A stretch of DNA of 64,000 bases from Camelus ferus (lineage: Eukaryota): NCBI RefSeq assembly GCF_009834535.1, contig NC_045697.1, positions 93,684,001 through 93,748,000 of the forward strand, written 5' to 3'. The notes below the pieces were generated by a model. The model did no database searches. It had not been told where the DNA came from and saw only the letters and a list, made by a program, of their open reading frames with translations. Positions 54,157 to 64,000 of the stretch are shown here, in pieces (the first letter of the stretch is position 1; each line of letters opens with the position of its first letter). A program made the translations under genes and the position numbers.

Positions 54157-54257
54157 GTAAGTGATCTTGTTTTCTAAAAATTGAAAAATTTCAAAATTTT
54201 CTTGTTACATTTTTGATTTGATAGTTAGATACCAAAGGCTGCTGTGAACTATCTAGA

Positions 54258-54470
54258 GAGGGTTTCTCAAACTCAGTGCTACTGACATACTGAATCTAGA
54301 CTAATTTGTTTGCGGGTCTGTTCTAGCCATTGTAGGATTTTCAGCAGCTCCCTTGACCTTTACTCACTGGATGCCAGTTACCATCCCCCGTTGCTGACAT
54401 TTAAAAATGTCTCCAGACCCTAACTAATTGTGCCCTGCAGGGAAAAATTACATTCAGTTGAGAACCGCTG
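54258..54470 (-). mobile_element. MER20 hAT-Charlie element
   Basis: agggtttctcaa...aaaaatgtctccagac...gttgagaaccgctg, with CTAGA-containing flanks on both sides. Confidence 0.85.
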
Positions 54471-54771
54471 CCCTAGAAGAGTTGAATAGGGTGAATGGCC
54501 TGTCCAAGCTATGTGGTAGAATCGATTTAAACAATTCAAACACTGGGGGAATGCACACACACACACCCCTAAGGGGACCACATAGCTTAGTTTGCCTGGC
54601 AGAGTTCTGATTTCCATTGGTAACCTAGCATCTGGTCCCATTACTATTTGTACTAGATTTTCAATTTTGTTATGGAGTATCATTATTAATCCGTGTAATA
54701 AAATAAATGTGAGGATTTCATTGACCTACAGTTTATACTTTGTTTCTTCCTTTTTTTTTTTGGTCTTACAG

Positions 54772-54844
54772 TGTATAGGATCTGGCTGCAGTGAACAGAA
54801 GTTTCACCTTAAGACATTTTTTGAAATTTGACAATTTGAAAGAT
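54772..54844 (+). pseudogene. Candidate exon relic (73 bp)
   Basis: Long polypyrimidine tract ending ggtcttacag|T, donor GAT|gtaagc. Reads CIGSGCSEQKFHLKTFFEI*QFER; phase 0-1. Confidence 0.6.
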
Positions 54845-55576
54845 GTAAGCATTTTTCTTTTAACTCTGCCTTTGTCTAAGCCAATGAAACTAACACTTCT
54901 TCTAGAGCCAGTACGCGGAGCAGCGTGGAGAGGAGTCCCTAGCGCTGCTGCCCACTCCCTCACAAGTGACCTAGAAATGGGATAATGCTCTCTGCCCCTG
55001 CCACGCCCTCAGTGTACCGGCTAGTCGCGCTCTGGCTGGTGTGTGGAGCCTCAACGTGGCCAGTCAGTGAAGATCAGTGGCAAAGGTAGGAATTTACAGA
55101 TTGGCTGTACAGTAAGTCTATGCAGAAAATAGAGACTAAGGAATCCTACGTTAGAACATATATTCTTGCTGTGGTTATTTTAAAATTTATTATATAGTGG
55201 AAACTGACACTATTTTAACGTTTGATATTGAAAATGTTTACAATAAATTCTTTTAATGTATCTATAAGAATAAAGTAGATATTTAAGGAAAATTTAAATC
55301 TTTAATTGATGAGCTTGCACTGTAATGTTGGCTGACTTTTATGATGCCATCAAAATGAAATATATGTTGATATCAATGATCACATGAGAATCAGAAAGCA
55401 AATTTTCTAAAGAAACATCAACATTTCTTGAAAAATAAGAATTTATTTGACATTAAAGTGTGTCCCAAGGTGATCATGCAATTGCAGAAAGTTTGTTTAT
55501 AACTCTCTGAACTTGAATCTTTGTTTTAATCAAATGACTGTTTTTCTAAATTAATTTTCATACTTTTCAATTGCAG

Positions 55577-55653
55577 ATTTTCTTGTGCATGTAGAAAATA
55601 TGGCAAGAGCTTTTAAAGTTTTGACTCCTCTAACAGGAGAAATTCACAGTTAA
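55577..55653 (+). pseudogene. Candidate last coding exon relic
   Basis: Acceptor tacttttcaattgcag|AT. Phase-1 entry gives YFLVHVENMARAFKVLTPLTGEIHS followed by TAA at 55651-55653. Confidence 0.5.
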
Positions 55654-55937
55654 TTCATATAAGTTAATTTATATAAAGTTGATTTTATATGCTTCAAATA
55701 GAACAGTTAGGTTCAATCTTTAACTTAGAGTTTGACTTTTTCACTTAATGCATGGGAAAAAGGTAAAGTTACGCCATGTCACTCCTCTGATTTTGTTCTT
55801 CAACAGTGTGTTAGCTAGTCGGGTCTTCTGCCTTTCTGTATAAACTTCAGAACCAGTTTGTTGTTATCCACAATCCAAGATGCTGGGTTTTTTTTTTTAA
55901 TTATGATTTTCTTGAATCTATAGATCAATATGGGAAG

Positions 55938-56261
55938 GCTGGGTAGCTTATAAAACAACAGAAATTTTATCTCATGGTTCTGGACTGGAAGTCCAAGATC
56001 AGGATGCCAGCATGGTTGGGTTCTGGTGAGAGCCTTGTTCTGGGTAGCACACTGCTATCTTTTTGTTGTATCTTCACATGGCAGGAGTGAGAGATCTCTC
56101 TGGGGTCACTTTTATAAGGGAACTTACTCTGTTCATGAGGGCACTATCCTTTTAACCTAATCACTTCCCAAAGGCTCCATTTCCTAAAACTATCACATTT
56201 GGGAATAGACATTCAACATAATGAATTTGGGAGGGGGGTGCATAAATGTTTAGTCCATTAC
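55938..56261 (-). mobile_element. MLT1A/MST-like LTR
   Basis: ctgggtagcttataaaacaacagaaattt...ctggaagtccaagatcagg...acctaatcacttcccaaagg. Confidence 0.85.
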
Positions 56262-57231
56262 ACTCATATTCTTCTATATTTTCAAATCTAACAGATTTGG
56301 CCTTTAAAAATATTTTCACTCTGAACTATCTGAAAGAAAATTCATGAATAAAAAAGTAGGATATGCAATAATTTTCATGTTTAAATAGCTTGCTCTGCAG
56401 ATGTGATATGCAAAGGTGACCTTTTAGCTAGTTGTATTTTTCAAAGTGGTTGTGTGTTACTATAATAGTCATTTTACATGTAACAACTACTGTGAAGTAA
56501 TCCTTTTCTGCATTTTAATTTGGAAATTTTAAGCTGTAGTATTATGTATTCATTTCCCCCCATATTGAGGATAATGCAAAGGTAATCTGATATAAAGGTT
56601 GGCAATATTACGATTCTCTTTTACTCGGGTATGGTAAAACCGAGAAAAGTGGCAGGGAATAACTGTTGATGCACTGGGCAAAAATCTTCCTAATTTGTAT
56701 ACGAGGCAAGGATAGGTGTAAAGAAAATTCAAATCAGAAGCTAGAGGATGTGTAAACACTGCTTGTTGAGTGATGCATGTCAGACAAAAGAAATTGGAGC
56801 AAATTAGAGCAAAGGGGAAAATGAGCGTGACATGTTAGAAAGGAAAGAAGGGGGAGTGGTGTTAATGAGTTTTGTCTTTTTATTCCTGAGGCCGTTGTGA
56901 AGCAATTGGAGCCTTTTAAACTTAGAGACTGGTATACTTATGTAGTATGAAAATTCAAGTGTGACATAAACAGGGTCCAGCTTTATAAACATAGTTCTGA
57001 TTCCAATGTAGAGAATGAATTTCAGTGAGACAAGAATGAATATGTATGTGTGCATCAGTACTTTCATGGGGTCCCAGGTATGATATGAGGCATGATGGTA
57101 ATTTGGTTTAGAATTGTGATGACTGAAGTGGAGAAGAGAGAAACTGAAAAGATATTTAGAGGATTAGGATGGCAGGGTGTCGTGATGAAGAACAGAGTAT
57201 GGGAAGAGGAGATGTCATAGGGAAGAACCAG

Positions 57232-57680
57232 TGTGACTCTGTGTTAGATCTTTTCTTTGTGTTTAACCTTTGTATTCTATTGCTTGCTAATCCCTAAAGG
57301 GATGTTGTCTATAAGCTTAAATTATACATAATGGCCCATCTCTGGGAATCCTGTTTCCCAGGTAATGAGCATCAAGCTAAAATACCTCTGTTTAGCTCAC
57401 AAGAAACATCCTGACCAGGCCCAGCAATGAGTAACGGGAGGCAGGAAGAAATATCCCCTCCAGAGTCTGGACCGAAGGAGGACTTTTTAACTTTTCCCCT
57501 TTTTCGTATAAAAGAAGCCTGAATTCAAACACAGGAAGATGGTTCTCTAAACATTAGTCCCCCATCATCTTCTTGGTCTGCTGGCTTTCCAAATAAAGTC
57601 ATTATTTCTTCCCCCAACACCTCACTCCAAATTTATTGTCCTGTCATACAGTGAGCAGAACAAGTTTGGACTCAGTAACA
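57232..57680 (+). mobile_element. MER41-like ERV1 solo LTR inserted in antisense L2 (~57040-58340)
   Basis: TATAAAA near 57507, tgctggctttccaaataaagtc, and 3' end ctgtcatacagtgagcagaacaagtttggactcagtaaca. Confidence 0.7.
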
Positions 57681-58765
57681 GAGAGACAATGAGATAGAGA
57701 ATGAATCCTAAAATTATGATTTAAATAATTTAACTCAATCACAACAGAGTAGAAGGCCAGGTTTGGAGAAGTCTATCAGAGATTTTAAGGTCTTGCAAAA
57801 TATGTAAGAAGATTTTTCATGTAAGAAGTTTGGATATAGAGACATAGAGCTTAGAGGAGACGTTTGGGTTGAAGATAACTGACCTGGGTTTGTGTATGTA
57901 TGTGATCAGAGTCACAGACACAAGGAACATCACCCACAAGAAGACAGAATGGAAAGAGGAGGGCTACTATTAAAACTCTAGGGACAGGAACATTTATGTG
58001 ACAGATGAAATAAGCCCAGAAAGGAAGCTGAGAAGGAGGACAGATTAGCAATGGGGTAGAAGGAAAAATCAGGGGGATGCAAATTCATGGAACACAAGAA
58101 AAGAGAGTGTTTCAAGAAATAAAGGAGTGGCTAAGAGTGTCAAATAATGTTAGAAGGTGTAACAGGAACTGAATAGAAAGTCCCACAGGGGTTTTCAATT
58201 TGAACACAATTGTTAACTTCAGAGAGCTGTTTTGTGAGAATTATCAGAGTTAAATCTAGATCACCATGAGCAGAGAGTCACAAGGAAGAGGTGAAATAAT
58301 TAGAGGAGGTGATTGGAGAGGATGTAGGGTAATGGCATCATTAAGAAAATATTTTTTTCATGAACCAGCCAAAGCATTAGTCTATTAAAATTATCTTACA
58401 GTATTCAGTTTAATCTTTATCTTGTTAAGAAATATTGCTGTGGTCTCAGGTCAGTGAAATTATTTTCATTTGATGTCATTATAACTTGATATTAAAATGC
58501 ACTATATTTGAAACCAGATACACCAGAGTACTTATTAGAAAATATAGAGTTCTCTGAACTATATCCATAATAATATATAGGTAATTTTATAATTATATTG
58601 CATATAACATTAATAACTGGCTCTCATGCTATATATGAGATATTTACCTTATATATAATATATATAATATATATTAGGTGAGGTCACGCATGTGGACATG
58701 AGACCAAATATTGATTACATAAGTAATTAACAAACACCTTTTATTTCAAATAAGAGAAAATACTT

Positions 58766-58767
<2 letters not shown>

Positions 58768-58807
<40 letters not shown>

Positions 58808-58832
58808 CGTATATATATGTATATATGTATGT
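58768..58832. repeat. (TA)n microsatellite
   Basis: About 17 pure TA units followed by degenerate TATG units. Confidence 0.95.
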
Positions 58833-59608
58833 ATTAAGAAGGCCAAAGTTATAGAATAGGAATAGGACTTTCAAAGAAAGAGAGGAAAGTTTAGGGCATT
58901 TATAAAATTTTTAAATGCTAGAATGGAAATAGATTTCTTCTGATAGCATTAGTAGGAGTGATTTACTTCTATACCTACACCAAGAAGAAAAAAAAAATGT
59001 TTCTTAGAGAAGAAGCAAAAGATAATTAAGAAAATAAGGCTTCATTCAGTTGTCATTTATACCTTAGGGGTGAGCAGCCGAGCTGGAGAGGACAGTGGCT
59101 TGCAGAGTTGGACCTCAAGGGGGCAGTTTAGTTCCTAAGCTCTACCAGCGCCCAGGAAATGCTGGTGTCTCGGGCTTAAGGAGATTTAGATTCTAGCAGA
59201 AGAAACAATTGAGGTTAAGACTATGGACAGCTGCCCATAGCTAGCTGCAAAAGAGTTGCTTCAGTACCTCAGAGTTTCCTGCCTCTATTTGAATTCAGTA
59301 AAGTGGATTTTAAAATACAACAGTATCTTATAAATACGGTAAGCACAGAAAATTCCTCCCTTATGAGATGACTATATGCAGGTACCCTCACTTCCTTCTT
59401 CACCCTTCCACGTGTTCTGTGTTTCCTTAGCAGGATACCCAGTCTTTTGATCATTAGATTTGTCAGAAGCTTGTACCACTTCATGCTCTTATAGTGACTG
59501 GTGACTAACTATTTAATTGGCAATGGTAGGAGTAGCAATGCTGCAACAGTGTCTGACTCCCAAAGTCAAAACTGGTAAATTTTGGGTCATTAAGCTCCTC
59601 AAAGTATT

Positions 59609-59678
59609 AAAAAAAAAAAAAAAAAGAAGAAGAAGAAGGAGAAGGGGAAGGGGAGGAAGAGGGAGGGGGAGGAGAAAC
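59609..59678. repeat. Polypurine tract (A)n(GAA)n(GGA-rich)
   Basis: About 70 consecutive purines. Confidence 0.9.
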
Positions 59679-60139
59679 AAATACAAAACAGAAAAGAAAT
59701 CCCTTCCACCCTTTATGTGCTGGTTCTGTCTAGAAGCACGATGCTGTGACTATGTCTGTTATATCAGCAAGTCCTACTTTAAGTCCCTCTGAAATTCCCA
59801 AAAGTGGTTAGTTGTGTTTGTCAAATACAATAATAATCCACAGCACTTTAAAACAGAAAGTTGAATAGGAAATAGTTCCCAAGGAAGTGGATGAGATGTA
59901 TCACATACTCAGATGCATGTAATGGCAGACACACATTTTTAGATACCTTCAAGATGGTATAGGTAAGATCTTTTTAGCTTAGAGAGCTATAGATTAATTA
60001 GAACAAGAAGGAAGAGTAAACACGCTATAGACTTACTATGGCTGTGACATCCTTGAGGGACGCTCAATACTGTGCCTGGAGAACTGGGTATAAGGGATTC
60101 CATGAAGCACAGGTGTGCATGCGGCTGCTGGAGCAGTGA

Positions 60140-60560
60140 CTTCCAGTTGCCCACGAAGTAAATATCCATTCTTCCCTTCTTTCAGAATGAATATCCAGTT
60201 TTACTCTGGGCAGCCAAAGGACAAAATTAGAACTTTAATTTGCCACCTCCTTTGAGCTAGGATGAATCTTACAAAAACATTATATTAACTGAAATGGCAC
60301 CATTTCTATGATCTCTCTTTACTTCTTTTCTGCCAAGTATGTGGACAAGTATTTTATGAAGTGACCTTGAGTTTGAGTCCCAGGCCGTTTAAGGTAGTGG
60401 ACAATTAAAAGGAGACCTGGTTTCTCATGTGCCTGGAGCCACCTTCTGTTCTTCTCTCTGATTTGTGTGTGTGAGAGAGAAGAGCAAACTTCTACTCAGT
60501 TTAAATATTCTTTCATTATTTTTCACTTGTATCCAGCCAAGTCAAGCCTAACTGATTTAA
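60140..60560 (+). mobile_element. Old MLT1-like LTR remnant
   Basis: ccagttgccc...atccattcttcccttct...agcaaacttctac...cagccaagtcaagcctaactgat. Confidence 0.5.
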
Positions 60561-63500
60561 TTTCCAATTTGGAAATGTACAAGTAGAACTAAAGTTGTCC
60601 CAGCAAGAAAAACTGCACTGTCCAGCAAGAGCAGACAGAGTACAAAGTGTAGGGAAAGGGATGGGCAGCTGTTATTAAACCCGACCTGTATTATTAAAAC
60701 CAGTATAACAACTTTTAGAAAAGACTTCTTATGCATTCAGGTGGAATATATACTCTAGTCAGCTTTGCAACTTCTAACATTTATTTGGCTCACCTAAGCT
60801 CTGAAGGCATTTTAGTCTCAGACATTTAAGAGCATAATAAGTAGTCAATTAAATCAGTAGAGTCTGCATAAGGGGAAAAAGTATCAAAACGGTTACAACA
60901 GACCAACAGTGGGAAATGGAATCTTTAATGGTAGATTCTCTCCATCCCATCATACGAAGACATATAGATAACAAATTTTGATAGACAAAGCAAACCAGGT
61001 CCACTTCTGAGACTAGGAGTACATCTTCCTCACGTGTGGAGTGAGAATGATGACCACAGTCATCAGCACTCAGTGAGAAATAAAATGAAAGAACTGTAGG
61101 CTGTGGTCAGAGGCTGATCTTCTTAAGGGTAAGTGTTTTAGATGTGATGAGGATGATTAATGTATACGCACATGAAGGTTTTAGAAACAGTCGTTCACAG
61201 GTTTGGTAGAGTAGTTCGGGCATGTCTGGTTTCTAACACTGAAGGGCTATTCGGAGCCATGGTCACTCTTGCCAAAGTGATTTCTAATTAGATGTTGACA
61301 GACTGACTGGGTAGACTGTCATTTACAAACAAAAAAATAGTAGGTTGAAGGTATTAAATATGGAATGGGATAAATCTATTAATGTTCTATTAGAGCCCCT
61401 ACGATCTAAAGGGACATAGGAGAAGCAGAGGCTAATGGAGAGACAACGGTAAGGAACACGATGTTGTCAATGCAAAGTTCATGTCAGGTTCTGCAAGAAA
61501 TTAGAAAAATACAACTCTCTCTGTCTATGGATAAATTCCTCTGTTTAATTCTAAATATCAAAATGTCTTCTTTCTGATGAACATATTATTATTTTCAGTA
61601 CTAAAGGTGATAAAATGAAAATCCATATTGGGACATTGTCCAAAGACATTTTTCAAACTGATTGTCTAAACTAGCTCAAAAATACAAAACTGGTCAAGGA
61701 TTCCATTTCATTCTTAATGTCAAAACCTGTCTCTCACTCAAATGTCATTTACTGAAACCCCTTTCTATGGGATTCAGGGAATTCGTTTACGCATTGTCTC
61801 ACTAGGAACTTACCATATTAGATGAATTTCAAATGAAACAAAGCTTGCTCTTTGTTTAGTGCATTGAAACTAAGACATGATTTTCTAATTTTCAAGGATA
61901 GCTAGTGTATTTTATTTATGAAGATTTTAAGATGTATTTATCAATTGTAAGATTTAATTCATAAAATATAGAATGCATTTTACAACTTTAACTATATTAC
62001 GTTGAAAATTAAAGCTTAGCTTCATTTTTCATCAAATTATTCAATAATATCTAGGCTGTTACTTTCTAACACTGTTTGTTTCTTTGTTAATTAAATAGAT
62101 TATTTCAGGTACATTCTGAATGCTTTTTCTAATTAATAAAATTCTGTCATGTAGGTATCAAACAGCTCCAACTGAAACTACATAAGCATCATTAAAATAT
62201 AGTGCTCAGATATGAAATTACACTTGAATAAAAGCTTTCCACTTTACTTATATTCTAGGAGACTTAAACTTACTAATAGTGTGGTAGATGTAATATAGTT
62301 AATGGTGAAGGAAATTAGAGATATGTATCAATGTAAAGTGTATTATAATATTAAATTAGTAAAATGATGTTCCCACAAAATATAGTTTATAAAAAACTAA
62401 TAAATATTTGCATATGAATTTCCCTCAAGTAAACTAATGCAAAAATTCATTTACTAGCACAATTAACTCTAATATTAATATTAGTAATTACTTTTAAGTG
62501 CAAATAAATGGTAGGTTTGAACAAATATGGATGAAACATTGTTTTAAATATGATCAGGACTTTGGAGAGTTACAGAAAGAGAAATACGCAATTTTTCTTG
62601 GATATACATTGCAACGTCTTCAAATACAATTGTGTGTGTTTTCTGAATGTTGCTTCTGTACTTTTAAATTGGCAAAAGCAGAGAATTGGAGAGAGAAATT
62701 GTGGGCAAAAAATGGTAGACTCCTATAAATACAGGTTAGATAAACTGTGTAGCCTCATGAAAATGGTTCTAGGTCTGCCATATTTGAATTATTACTGTAA
62801 ACCTTCTTGTGATGTGCTGCAGTACATGGAACAATTTTTCAGCAGTGATCAACACTTTCTTTGAAGGAAGTAAAGTCTCTAGCTTACATTATTCACACGT
62901 TGGCTGTTTAGGCCTCCTTCTCAGGACTGTGTCGTAAGAGGCTCTTCTAACCTGGGAGGAGAGCTAATTCAGTGGGTTCCCTTAAACCACCATTGGCTTC
63001 TATTAAAATTTGTTTTACCTGTTTCTTCTCATTAAAACCAACAAAACTGAAAAAGAGCAATTTCCCTAAGAGGGAGGGAGAGAGAAAGAGAGCAAACAAA
63101 AAAGTAAATACAGGAAACAGGAAGAAAAAGTAACTCATCGTTTATCAGGTAAGAAATCACATCTAACTAAAATTGAAGACAGGATAGTATTTCTGCCAGT
63201 TAAGCCAATTGCAACAGAGGGGGAAAAGAGAGGCTAAAATAGGCTCAAGAATATATGAAAATCCCATTCATGGGAGAGAAGATAGTGATCAGCTTTGGGG
63301 AAACAGTGAACACCACTTGGGAGAAGGATGATGTATGTGTAATAAATACTGCTGGTGTTATCTACAGTCTTCCTGATTTCTACACATGTGCGTAGACTTG
63401 AGATTGAGTGTGAATGAATGGAGCTGGAAGCCCTCTGCTGTCGTAGCCTCTCCCCATAAACCTTGCTCCAAAAGTGTTCTCCTTCTAAGGGTGACTGTGG

Positions 63501-64000
63501 GAGTGTGGGGTATCAAACAGATGCTTGAACACAGGCAATCTAAGCTGAGTGATCCATTTTTACAGGATCAAGTCAACTGTGAGAAAGGAGTGCATCAGGG
63601 GAGAGGTGCAGCCCCGTCTGCTGTCAGACGGAGCCTTCAGTCTGTTGCCTTCAGTCTAGTGCAGACTCTTCTGCTGGGCTGAAGGTAGGGCTGCCCATTC
63701 CAGCCAGCTCTTTGCCAGGTAATCCAAGATATGCTACCCTAGAGCTGTTCCCTGGATAATGCTTATGTCATATCCAGAAAGAAAGCAGGGGAAAGGGCAG
63801 AAACTGGAAGAAGAAATTTCAAACGCATATAATTAACGTAAGTATTAATATTTGGTATACATAAAAACTAAATAGATAAAAATAAATAACCCACTGATAG
63901 AAATTGATAAGAAGATTGGGAGAATAAAAGAAGCTGTATCTTATGAGCAATCTTGTTCCATAATTAAAACCATTAGGTCTATAACAATTAAAAATCTGAT

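Larger units (their letters stand above)
395..55653 (+). pseudogene. Putative large multi-exon unitary pseudogene of unknown identity (about 21 exon relics, about 5 kb coding-like sequence; may extend 5' of the window)
   Basis: Repeated pairs of + strand splice signals flank non-repeat, more GC-rich blocks. Phases are compatible across 1169>4123>7367>8438>9511>11162 and across 38666>43590>44785>54054>54772>55577. Several exons are stop-free; others carry in-frame stops or 1-nt frameshifts. Confidence 0.68.

Noticed and set aside
59517..59792. Lys/Arg/Gly-rich 91 aa ORF
   Set aside because: It is a translation of a simple purine repeat.
63614..63631. Perfect 7 bp hairpin CCGTCTG-ctgt-CAGACGG
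   Set aside because: Too short; expected by chance in 64 kb.

Overview
This is AT-rich eutherian genomic DNA. The young L1 3' ends look cetartiodactyl, probably camelid (inferred from recalled consensus sequences). I found no intact protein-coding gene, RNA gene or CRISPR array. Most listed ORFs are noise or L1 ORF2 remnants, although several overlap the exon candidates below. A large part of the window is interspersed repeats: L1, L2, MIR, MaLR/ERV solo LTRs and MER8/MER20/MER5 DNA elements. The main observation is a chain of about 21 non-repeat segments between ~395 and ~55653, nearly all bounded by + strand polypyrimidine-AG acceptors and GT donors. Many are phase-compatible with their neighbours and translate into protein-like text interrupted by stops and frameshifts. 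I read this as the relic of a large (>1500 codon) multi-exon gene, i.e. a putative unitary pseudogene, which I cannot name. Reading frames inside several exons are ambiguous. Repeat family names come from memory of consensus sequences, not from a search.
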